A stretch of 64,000 nucleotides of DNA, taken from positions 5,394,001 through 5,458,000 of the forward strand of contig CM035353.1 in the NCBI GenBank assembly GCA_020137815.1, in the 5' to 3' direction. The position numbers were made by a program, and so were the translations under genes. The notes beneath the pieces were generated by a model. The model saw nothing but the letters and a program-made list of their open reading frames with translations, did no database searches and was not told the origin of the DNA. Each line of letters begins with the position of its first letter. Position 1 is the first letter of the stretch. Positions 27,401 to 39,162 of the stretch are shown here, piece by piece. This DNA comes from Hormiphora californensis. Taxonomy: Eukaryota; Animalia; Ctenophora.

Positions 27401-30400
27401 CCTCAGTGGAGGTTCATTATGGGCCAAAAGGAGCCCAAAACTGCCGAACCAGAGGAAGTTGCAGAAGAGCCTGACACAGCTCCGCCAACTGGATTTGGGA
27501 ATAGACAGCCAGGGTTGAGGAAGTTAGGAGGGGCGATAGAAGCTCCAGCAGCTCTACAATCAGCCAGGATGCTCCCATCAATAGACCCATTAAAAGGTAA
27601 ATATCTTATGAGACAATTAAAGTGGTAAATAGATTCTCCAAATGATAATAAATGACATTTACTAATCGATCAGTATACTACAGAGCCCATGATTGACACT
27701 CTTTTTGTAGCCATAACGCAAACTGCTAAAGACGACTTCAAGGTGTCCTATCGAGAACCGGGACAGCTGCGTCGGTGTATCAGCCAGCCTAACAGTACCA
27801 CAGCTGGGCTTGGTGAACGAATCAGGAACCTTACTTCTGGCGATATCAATACTTCGAATACCAGGTTTGTGCATGGGTATTATATCGCTCGAGTATAACT
27901 ATTACTTTTATAGGGTATTAAGGGTACGCTAACCAAAAATTTTTTTCGAGTGCAGGGAAATCTCTCACCGTAGGGTTGTAGGCCATGCCAAGGAGACCTC
28001 AAATATGTAATTTTAGCCCTTAAGTCGAATTCATATTTTTGCTACAGCTGTTTAAAAAATGTCCTGTAAATTCGTTTTTGGCATCTCAAAAATACATTTG
28101 TAAAGATAGGAGCATGAAAATTTGGGGATTTGAAGAAGACATGAAGGTGAATGACCACAAAAAATGTTTTTGCAATCCGAGCTGATTTCCGGTCCTGAGA
28201 TGGATTTCTTTTTTTCCACTTTAACGCCCTATTTGGCAAAGTTCCGAAAACATGTGAAAGCTGTAAATTGGTGAAAAGTTGCGTCTAACGATTATCTAAG
28301 TGGCCATAAATTTTGGGCGTGTCCTTATTTGAGATAAGCTGTACATAGTTTTTTTTTGTGAAAGCCGTCCGTTCAGAAATAAATAAATTCCCTGTATCTC
28401 AAAAACGGCTGATCGTAGGGACCTGAGACTATGCTTAAACGATTCAGAAGGTCCGATTTTGGGGGGGTCTTCTGAGAGACATTTTGCTCCTACTTCAACC
28501 GTTTTTGCTGTAATTGCGAAAAACAAATTCTATGAAAAGGGCAAAAGCTAAAGTCCAATATCCTGTAATTAGGGAATTTTGGCTAAGAAAGGACCGAAAC
28601 TATGGAAAAATGTGTAACAAGCTAATTCCTTCACTATTTGGTCCATATGGGTCCCTATAATCACCAAAAACAAAATCACAAAAAATCCACGATGGCGAAG
28701 ATGGGTTTTTGTTTTTCGCAATTACAGCAAAAACGGTTGAAGTAGGAGCAAAATGTCTCTCAGAAGACCCCCCCAAAATCGGACCTTCTGAATCGTTTAA
28801 GCATAGTCTCAGGTCTCTACGATCAGCCGTTTTTGAGATACAGGGAATTTATTTATTTCTGAAATGACGGCTTTCACAAAAAAAACTCTGTACAGCGTAT
28901 CTCAAATAAGGACACGCCCAAAATTTATGGCCACTTAGATAATCGTTAGACGCAACTTTTCACCAATTTACAGCTTTCACATGTTTTCGGAACTTTGCCA
29001 AATAGGGCGTTAAAGTGGAAAAAAAGAAATCCATCTCAGGACCGGAAATCAGCTCGGATTGCAAAAAATTTTTTTGTGGTTATTCACCTTCATGTCCTCT
29101 TCAAATCCCCAAATTTTCATGCTCCTATCTTTAAAATAAATTTTTTGAGATGCCAAAAACGTATTTACAGGACATTTTTTAAGCAGCTGTAGCAAAAATA
29201 TGAATTCGACTTGAGAGCTCAAATTGCATATTTGAGGTCTCCTTGGTATGGCCTACAACCCTACGGTGAGAGATTTCCCTGCACTCGAAAAAAATTTTTG
29301 GTTAGCGTACCCTTAAGGGTACGCGTACGCCGACCGAAATTTTTTTTCGAGTGCAGGGAAATCTCTCACTGTAGGGTTGTAGGCCATACCAAGGAGACCT
29401 CAAATATGCAATTTTAGCCCTTAAGTCGAATTCATATTTTTGCTACAGCTGTTTAAAAAATGTCCTGTAAATACGTTTTTGGCATCTCAAAATTTTTTTT
29501 CTAAAGATAGGAGCATGAAAATTTGGAGATTTGAAGAGGACATGAAGGTGAATAACCACAAAAAATTTTTTTGCAATCCGAGCTGATTTCCGGTCCTGAG
29601 ATGGATTTCTTTTTTTCCATTTTAACGCCCTATTTGGCAAAGTTCCGAAAACATGTGAAAGCTGTAAATTGGTGAAAAGTTGCGTCTAACGATTATCTAA
29701 GTGGCCATAAATTTTGGGCGTGTCCTTATTTGAGATAAGCTGTACAGAGTTTTTTTTTGTGAAAGCCGTCATTTCAGAAATAAATAAATTCCCTGTATCT
29801 CAAAAACGACTGATCGTAGAGACCTGAGACTATGCTTAAACGATTCAGAAGGTCCGACTTTGGGGGGGTCTTCTGAGAGACATTTTGCTCCTACTTCAAC
29901 CGTTTTTGCTGTAATTGCGAAAAACAAATTCCATGAAAAGGGCAAAAGCTAAACTCCAATATCCTGTAATTAGGGAATTTTAGCTAAGAAAGGACCGAAA
30001 CTATGGAAAAGTGTGTAACAAGCTAATTCCTTCACTATTTGGTCCATATGGGTCCCTATAATCACCAAAAACAAAATCACAAAAAATCCACGATGGCGAA
30101 GATGGGTTTTTGTTTTTCGCAATTACAGCAAAAACGGTTGAAGTAGGAGCAAAATGTCTCTCAGAAGACCCCCCCAAAATCGGACCTTCTGAATCGTTTA
30201 AGCATAGTTTCAAGTCTCTACGATCAGCCGTTTTTGAGATACAGGAAATTTATTTATTTCTGAAATGACGGCTTTCACAAAAAAAACTCTGTACAGCTTA
30301 TCTCAAATAAGGACACGCCCAAAATTTATGGCCACTTAGATAATCGTTAGACGCAACTTTTCACCAATTTACAGCTTTCACATGTTTTCGGAACTTTGCC

Positions 30401-32844
30401 AAATAGGGCGTTAAAGTGGAAAAAAAGAAATCCATCTCAGGAATTTTTGTGGTTATTCACCTTCATGTCCTCTTCAAATCCCCAAATTTTCATGCTCCTA
30501 TCTTTAGAAAAAAAATTTTGAGATGCCAAAAACGTATTTACAGGACATTTTTTAAACAGCTGTAGCAAAAATATGAATTCGACTTAAGGGCTAAAATTGC
30601 ATATTTGAGGTCTCCTTGGTATGGCCTACAACCCTACGGTGAGAGATTTCCCTGCACTCGAAAAAAAATTTCGGTCGGCGTACCCTTAACTGACCAAACA
30701 AGAGTTTTCAACAATCTGTATCACTGGAAACTTTTTCAATTTACGTTATTTATCCTAAACCTGTCAGGCCAATATGCTCTGACAGTCCTAAACAGCTTCT
30801 TTGCAGTATGTCAGTTTTGGACGAGAGAATTACAACGATCAAAGATAGTCGACCTATTTCAGAAAGCTCAATTGTCAAGAAGGTATATAATGTTGCCTAG
30901 CTAGACTGTCTGGGTTTGAACTAAACAATACAATGCACTAAGTAATGGACCATTGACATTCCCGATGATTATAACAATTTTTTCGTTAACTAATAATTAT
31001 TTTTCCTGACAGTATGCAGGTTCCAGCGTACCACTCAAATTGGCGGGAAAGGGAGAAGCGAGGTGATGCACTGTATTCACCCGTCGCCCTAAGCCCAATT
31101 CAAAGTGGCCTGTTTAGTCCAGATTTTGTGATGGAGGAGGATGAACTGACCTGCCACATATAGAAAACAACTCAACCCTGACAGGTTACTATAGATGCAC
31201 ATGCATAGATACATAATATAGATGCACATGTAGATACATAATACAGTCGGACCCCGATTTAACGGCACCCTCGGGGGAAAGGGTTTTGTCCGTTAAATCG
31301 GGGTGTCCGCTAAATCGGGGTCAAATACTGTTGATTTTCTATATCGGGGGAAGATTATGCTGCCGTTAAATCGGGGTGCCGCTAAATCGGGGGCCGTTAA
31401 ATCGGGGTCCGACTGTATATATTTATCATATTTAGTGTGTGTAATAACATTTGATCATGGTTGCAGTTAATTAGATCGCGTTATGAGGACATGGCCATAC
31501 ATCGTATACCAGTACCAGCTTGTCTAAAAAACCAGTTTATGTCAATCAGATATTGTGGGGAAACAGTCGTGCCAGAACCTCAAGTTCAGGCCACGGATAT
31601 TTCCCCCAGTGTGTTTAGTATCTGTAAGAGCTCACAATATTTAACAGGTTTAAGAAGATGGTTGAGGAGTCGGGAGGAGATATGGAATTCCGACAGGCCA
31701 TGAGCAAGATCCCCGCCGAGAAAAAGAAGAAAGTGGGATATACTGGCAAGCAATCTGTTATTGGTAGGTACAATATGGGGACTCACATACATGTATAATC
31801 CACCCCTATTATAGGTTGTCTTATTTTTGATCAAATCATGTGTGTGATTGAATACCATGTCGAAAGGGTAGATCGACTAAGTTGAGGCAAATATCATGTG
31901 TGTGTGAACTGTGTGATTGAACATCGAATGGTTTTTGTTGTTATGTGTGCCTCCCACTTCCAAACCCACGGCTGCTTCTTGGTCCAGTGAATGGTGCCAT
32001 GATACTACATTAACCTTTCGCCCAATGTAGAGATGCAACTGAATACCAAGACCAGGAACATCAGCGAAAAGGTAGCCAAGGTTCGGGAGGAAACGAATTA
32101 TAGGCCGAAATCAGAAGAAGACTCAGAGTACGAAAAATATTGCACAGATCATTCACAAGTCTGGTGAGGGGAACAAGTTTCTTGAGGAGGTTTGTACTTA
32201 AATAAGTTTATTAAATCTAGCACACTTTGTTGATGTATTAAATAAACGCATCACATTTAACACACTACTTTACTGTTTTTTATAGGTTCGAGCACTGCGT
32301 CAATTTGCCTCGCTGTGTAACTGCAAGTATCTGAGAACAGACCCTGAGCGGCTACAAGAACGGAAAGATGGGTACATGGACGAACTTATGGGAAATGTCA
32401 CCCGTAGGATAAAAATTAGGTAATTCTGGGTAATGGGACCAATAGATTACATTTGACTGAGAACTAGTCGCTATAATCTAGGAGAGCTCATTCAGTTGGA
32501 CCAACAACAACAATATGATATCTCTTTTGTAATAACCCGGTGAGAATTGTGGGTTGATTTCTTTACACTGATGAGATCGCAAGATCGAAACATTTGTTTG
32601 TAAACCAGCGTGTTTCTATTTGTTGTACTATCTGCTCTCGGTTCCACGCCGATAGAGCTCTCTTGTGGCCTACTGAAACAACCATATTGGGTTGATTTCT
32701 TACCAAGATCTTAGAAAATGTTGTAACCCGAATATATTGACCTACAGGAAACGATGGGAGGCAGGATTGAGCAAGATGAGTTTTCTGGGTGCCAGTAATA
32801 CTACTCTCAATCTACCTATAATAACACAGGCTACTGCAGAGTAG
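24427..32844 (+). CDS. Orphan multi-exon gene, charged/low-complexity protein of unknown function
   Basis: Phase-consistent exons 24427-24482 (MPESVILPPISREGVVAR), 24867-25071, 26321-26462, 26880-27061, 27162-27241, 27349-27596, 27711-27864, 30768-30882. Less certain exons near 31013, 31123, 31467, 31649 and 32031 (a few apparent indels). Then 32286-32419 and 32748-32844 (RKRWEAGLSKMSFLG...ATAE*). Confidence 0.75.
24500..24845 (+). repeat. 16-17-bp minisatellite (GTGAAATGTAAGGAGT)n in intron 1
   Basis: About 20 degenerate units. Duplicate at 16745-17085; reverse-complement array at about 26520-26745. Confidence 0.92.
27922..29312. mobile_element. Non-autonomous foldback DNA transposon, Kolobok-like (TTAA target site, GG...CC ends)
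   Basis: TTAA|GGGTACGCTAACC...GGTTAGCGTACCC|TTAA with ~600-bp inverted arms and a ~190-bp spacer. TTAA targets with RR..YY termini are the Kolobok signature; piggyBac would begin with CCC. Confidence 0.85.
29317..30685. mobile_element. Second copy of the Kolobok-like foldback element, in tandem and sharing a TTAA
   Basis: TTAA|GGGTACGC(GTACGC)CGACCGAAAT...ATTTCGGTCGGCGTACCC|TTAA. The right arm has a ~30-bp deletion near 30440. Confidence 0.85.
31244..31415. mobile_element. Complete CAGTCGGACCC MITE with TA target duplication
   Basis: TA|CAGTCGGACCCCGATTTAACGG...CCGTTAAATCGGGGTCCGACTG|TA, with internal repeats of TAAATCGGGG. Confidence 0.88.
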
Positions 32845-34034
32845 ATCATGGTGGTCGTGTGATGTTGATGTTCTAGTGGTCCCCAGTTCCGCCGTTCCAG
32901 AGGAAGGATGTATCAACGAGTGGGGTCTGGTTGTGGCTTCCTTTCTTCTTTTCTCCTCATCTAACCTGCCACATATATAAAAAAGAATGAAGATGTTGAT
33001 GGCGGTTGGGTCGCTCACGCGCTGAGCATTGCTCAGTGAGCAGTGTACAATGCTGGAAATTGCTATTCCAGTTATAATATATTAGGTTGTTATAAGTCTT
33101 GCTTGAAAAAGATTACAACAATGTTTCAATTTTGGGAATAATCCTGCGGTTCTGAAGTGATCGCGTGATTCGGAGCTATAAAGAGTGTAAATTTGAACCT
33201 GCTGATATAATGTACGAGTAAAACGTTGTGTTTTTCAAACTAAAGCTCTTTAATTTAGATTCAATTTTTAAAAGACAATGTGTTGTGAAAGCTTTTTTAA
33301 AAACCGAAGTCCGAACCACAAAATCAAATGAGAAGGATTATCCGGCGGAACAGAGTTAATTTGTCATCTCCCCAAGCTGGAGACACACCCGGTAGGTTAT
33401 ATACTGGGTACTGGGTACGCTAGTCTATTATTAACCTGCTAGATGAGATAGAGACTTAATTCCAGCACCTACCCCGGACCCCCACTAATCCGAGAGCGCT
33501 TCACACTTTGGCCGGTACCCTCTTCTTCGTTTCGTCCTAGAAATACATTGCTTCGGGAGCGACAGTTTTTCTTGGTGGTTCTAGGGATTATAGTGATTTG
33601 CTGGAGTGGTTGTTAAGGGAGAGAGAGAGATAGAGGGGGAGGGAGAGATACAGAGATGCCAGATCAGAGGTATATCTAGGAGACGTTTAGGAATAAGCAC
33701 TCTTTTTTTCCCCAGATGCTCTTTGCCTGAATTATGATTTTCATGTAAGATCAAAGCTGTAATTGCGATGATTTCTCAAGGCTGCGGTACATGTTCTATA
33801 GATTTGTATTCTGTATAGTATCAGTTTCATAGTTGCTTTACACTCGACCTGTTATAGAGTTGCACACACAGCTCCAAGTGCTGTACACAGATCGTGATAA
33901 CACTATTGTCATCTCGCGTGGGAGATCTCTGATCAGAACTCCCTCTCTCTCTCTCTCTCTCTCTCCACCCCTCTATCTCCACTGTGCAGAGACCTTTTTA
34001 CACTTTTCTTTTAGTTTATACTGTTTTCATTTTG

Positions 34035-35170
34035 ATTACTCGTTCGTTACGTTGCAGTTCGTTTCACTTTTGCTTGTCTCAGACACCAATAAGGGCTCTT
34101 CCTCTCACTAAAATGCAACTTAAATCCGTCTCAAATACCCATTTCTAGCACACATGAACTCCCAGTTACCACTGAACTGTCTCTCGGACCTGGCCTAGTC
34201 TCATCACTAAATTACAGCTACATTCTTGGCCAATATTGACCAAAACTTTGGAATTTCGCATTTAATTCAAATTGGGAAACTTTGTACTTTGCCATTACGT
34301 GTTTGATAAAGGAGCACTAACAAGTCACAGAGCAGAATTCTATTCATTACTCGTTCGTTACGTTGCAGTTCGTTTCACTTTTGCTTGTCTCAGACACCAA
34401 TAAGGGCTCTTCCTCTCACTAAAATGTAACTTAAATCCGTCTCAAATACCCATTTCTAGCACACATGAACTCCCAGTTACCACTGAACTGTCTCTCGGAC
34501 CTGGCCTAGTCTCATCACTAAATTACAGCTACATTCTTGGCCAATATTGACCAAAACTTTGGAATTTCGCATTTAATTCAAATTGGGAAACTTTGTACTT
34601 TGCCATTACGTGTTTGATAAAGGAGCACTAACAAGTCACAGAGCAGAATTCTATTCATTACTCGTTCGTTACGTTGCAGTTCGTTTCACTTTTGCTTGTC
34701 TCAGACACCAATAAGGGCTCTTCCTCTCACTAAAATGCAACTTAAATCCGTCTCAAATACCCATTTCTAGCACACATGAACTCCCAGTTACCACTGAACT
34801 GTCTCTCGGACCTGGCCTAGTCTCATCACTAAATTACAGCTACATTCTTGGCCAATATTGACCAAAACTTTGGAATTTCGCATTTAATTCAAATTGGGAA
34901 ACTTTGTACTTTGCCATTACGTGTTTGATAAAGGAGCACTAACAAGTCACAGAGCAGAATTCTATTCATTACTCGTTCGTTACGTTGCAGTTCGTTTCAC
35001 TTTTGCTTGTCTCAGACACCAATAAGGGCTCTTCCTCTCACTAAAATGCAACTTAAATCCGTCTCAAATACCCATTTCTAGCACACATGAACTCCCAGTT
35101 AACACTGAACTGTCTCTCGGACCTGGCCTAGTCTCATCACTAAATTACAGCTACATTCTTGGCCAATATT
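34035..35170 (+). repeat. 311-bp tandem repeat, about 3.6 near-identical copies
   Basis: Unit starts (ATTACTCGTTCGTTACGTTGCAG) at 34035, 34346, 34657 and 34968. Confidence 0.96.
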
Positions 35171-35587
35171 ACCCACCGCCCCACCCCCACCCGCCCTCCC
35201 CCACCCACCTCTCCCAATATAGCGGACATTGCTATACACCACACTACAGAGACAATCCTGGTGTTTTGGTGCACTAAGTCGCTTATCGCGTGTAACAACT
35301 AACAAATGTTCTTATCTGTCCCATCCGCATAGTATTCTAGAACATTTTACAGTATATTGGTGCTACATTCAGTCCTACCCCTTATCTGTGTTCAATCGTG
35401 TTTGTTTATCTTCATCTCCGATCCACTGGAAATGCATATACCTCTCATCTCATCATCAACAACATCACGGTACCAATCATCCATCAAAATTCTGTAAGTT
35501 CACCTGTCCGTATTGTCTGTTCACAGATTGTGTAAAGTTTATATTGTGAATGTAATTTACTATTCAAAACACGGTAAACATCGGGAT

Positions 35588-35745
35588 TCCAGACCCAAAC
35601 TCAAGAAATTCTCAAAGGCAAAACGTTACCGTGTTCCAGACCAAACTAAACTCAAGACACTCTCAAAGGCAAAACGTTACCTTGATCCAGACTAAACCAA
35701 ACTCAAGACTCTCTCAAAGGCAAAACGTTACCTTGTTCCAGACTC
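35588..35745 (+). repeat. About 50-bp tandem repeat x3
   Basis: Recurring AAACTCAAGA..CTCAAAGGCAAAACGTTACC..TCCAGAC. Confidence 0.85.
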
Positions 35746-37620
35746 AGAAGCTGACAGGACATAAAGCTTGCGTGAGAGTGCCCGAATACAGACCACAAAC
35801 AGTTAGAATATCAGAGAAATTTTGTTTGATTTTGGTGTAATTTTGAGCGTGATATTTTAGCTACTATCTTTCATACAGACCACAGACTTTATGACAGGTT
35901 GCAACACCGTTCTGTCGTGCGGCAGAGTTTGGTACGCTATAACCTAGAGCCACACACACACACACACACTGTTTTCATTTGGCCCCGATTCAAATGAACT
36001 TTGAAATTCTTTAAAATGAATCCTATAAACAGTTCACAGAATTGAGAGATCATGGATAAATTTGATTTACAGAGACTCTTTATTCCTTTATACCTTAATT
36101 ACATGGGCATTCGTCATTTAATTTGCTCGACGCTTCATGAAGCTTAACATCCTTTCTTTTACCCTTGCAGCGACTCTGCAATTCATCCCTCATTTGGTCG
36201 TGTAACGTTGTGTGTGTGTGTGTGTGTACGTGTGTGTGTGTGGCTCTAGGTTATATAGCGTACCAAGAGCCACATACACAACATGACCATATTGTTCTGT
36301 TTGAAATGTTTTTGTTTGTTATTTTGTTATTAATGGAGTGGATTATGGTGTGAGACAAGAAGCTAGTTGTGAAGCAGTATTAGGAAATTAGGTCATGATG
36401 AACTATATTATGAAACCATGCACATTACACAATTAATGATACGTCAGAGCAGTTTCCTGACATATCAGATCCTGCTTCCTGATTCTTGAACTGTAATCCG
36501 CTGTGTTATATTCCCACGGTAAAACAGACATTGGAACATACCCCCAATCTATTGCTAGGAAGATATATGGCTTCAAAAAGCTATGGAGGAGGAGGAGCTA
36601 GAGGTGGATCAGGAAGAATCAAAAAGGAAAAGTTATCAAAGGTAGGATTCAATCCTTGATTTACACTTTCCATTTGGGCAGCCTGTCTATATCCTGTGTT
36701 GACTCCCCTGGGAAGAGTAATGTGTGTTTTAAACCAATATTTACTCACTCGATAAAAATGTTCGTAACCAAAAGACTTGTGTCCATTCAATTAATCAATG
36801 CAATACCATGGTATCTTTTTCATTTCTTCAGTATTTCTGGAATCCGATAGCTGTTGTATAGCGCTGAAAAAGAGACAAATTTTGCACTAAATCGGCTTTC
36901 TGGCCAGTGCCACATATAGATATTAGATACGATTCCAAACTAAAACATTTGTTGTAGTTGCAGTTATTATCTGTCAGGCCAATGCTCTGACTACAGTTCT
37001 CGCGCGAATGGGTCAGGCCAATGCTCTGGGTCATATAAAAATGTGTATGACGGACAGGTTAATATACGAACTGTGCATGATATCTTTCTTGCCAAATAAC
37101 GCCATACGAGTGCATTGGTATTTTATTTCTAGCAAATATAAAATACTCATATTAATAATACAGGGCGTGAAATTAAGTGTCGTTCCTGAATGTATAATTT
37201 CCTGAATTCTGCAACTAAATTATCCATTTTCAAAGGCCGCAGTTGCATTGTTTCAAACTTTATTATTCATCATGTCCAATATTATATTCCTCCTTTTCCC
37301 GATCCAGAAACTCATCTACCATGCAGCTCACCGTGAAAGATCGATCTTGTCTGGCGTCGCCCGAACCCGTTTTTATTCTCGAACGGTGTGCACACTGCAC
37401 AGTTCGGGTCAACTAGGCCACCAGACAATGTATGCAGATTTCCCGTGACCGCACTAAAGACAATTAGCAGTATGCCCTCTGACTGTCCATTGTTCCATAG
37501 ATCAGGGATAAGATTCTCTGGGTATTATTATACTCAGCTGCATGCTATACAAGAGCTATATGCATAACACAATAAGTTGACGTCTAGATCCCATACACAG
37601 GAAATCTTTCTCTCGTCTCA

Positions 37621-37693
<73 letters not shown>

Positions 37694-37852
37694 AACTCTC
37701 TCTACCGGCTCATCTCTAGCTGTCCACCATTTGCTCCACATGTATAATTACTTCCCCCTCCTTCAACAGCAGCAGCTCTACTCTCCGTGCTAATAGCTGT
37801 TCAGCACGAGATCTAGAGTTTGGAAACTGCATATACGTTACATCACACTTAA

Positions 37853-39162
37853 GGGTACACCTGGCGTTTTTCATCATCGAGTGCCCAACCAAATGACTTC
37901 ACCAGGGTTTAGGCCATACAAAATGAACCTCAAATATGCAATTTTAGCCCTAAATTCGAATTCATATTTTTGCTACAGCCTATTTTCAAAGTGGCGTTTT
38001 TTCAATTTTTTTGGAATTTTTAACCTCAGGACCACTTTTTTTGAGATAGAAACATTTAATTCTTGGAATTTGAAGAGAATATAAAGGTGAATAAGCCCAA
38101 AGAAGGATTTTTGAAATGGAGCTTATTTCTGGCCATGAGAACGGTTTACTTTTTTGCTTCTTTGACACGCTGGCTGAGAATGTTCCCATGCTTCATTAGA
38201 GATGAAAATCTGGAAATAGTTGCTCCAAACGATTATCTATGTGGCCCAAAAATTTTGGAACTTTCCCGCCAAAGATGCGGTGTACAGAGCTTGTTTTGTG
38301 AAACCCGTCTTTTTGAAAAAGAGGGAAATTCCCTGTATCTCAAAAACGGATGATCGTAGAGACCTGCAGGGACCAAGCTTAATCGATTCAGAAGGTCCGA
38401 TTTTGGGGGGTCTTCTGAGAGACATTTTGCTCCTACTCCAACCGTTTTTGCTCTAATTGCAAAAACCCATTTCTATGAAAAGGGGGAACAACTCTATTCC
38501 AGTAGCCTGCTTCGGGCTGATTTCCCCCTTACTTGCTGATACCCTTTTCGCAATTACAGCAAAAACGGTTGGAGTAGGAGCAAAATGTCTCTCAGAAGAC
38601 CCCCCCCCCCCAAAATCGGACCTTCTGAATCGATTAAGCTTGGTCCCAGGTCTCTACGATCATCCGTTTTTGAGATACAGGGAATTTCCCTCTTTTTCAA
38701 AAAGACAGGTTTCACAAAAAAAACTCTGTACACCACATCTTTGGCGGGAAAGTTCCAAAATTTTTGGGCCACATAGATAATCGTTTTGAGCAACTATTTC
38801 CAGATTTTCATCTCTAATGAAGCATGGGAACATTCTCAGCCAGCGTGTCAAAGAAGCAAAAAAGTAAACCGTTCTCATGGCCAGAAATAAGCTCCATTTC
38901 AAAAATCCTTCTTTGGGCTTATTCACCTTTATATTCTCTTCAAATTCCAAGAATTTAATGTTTCTATCTCAAAAAAAAGTGGTCCTGAGGTTAAAAATTT
39001 CAACAAAAATTGAAAAAACGCCACTTTGAAAATAGGCTGTAGCAAAAATATGAATTCGACTTTAGGGCTAAAATTGCATATTTGAGGTCCATTTTGTATG
39101 GCCTAAACCCTGGTGAAGTCATTTGGTTGGGCACTCGATGATGAAAAACGCCAGGTGTACCC
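37853..39162. mobile_element. Related Kolobok-like foldback element (different subfamily)
   Basis: TTAA|GGGTACACCTGGCG...CGCCAGGTGTACCC|TTAA with ~610-bp arms. Shares blocks with 27922-30685 (CCTCAAATATGCAATTTTAGCCCT; GATTCAGAAGGTCCGATTTTGGGGGG). Confidence 0.87.

Noticed and set aside
27922-30685. piggyBac assignment and the repeated MPNRALKWKK ORFs
   Set aside because: Termini are GGG..CCC, the reverse of piggyBac. The ORFs recur only because the arms are repeated.
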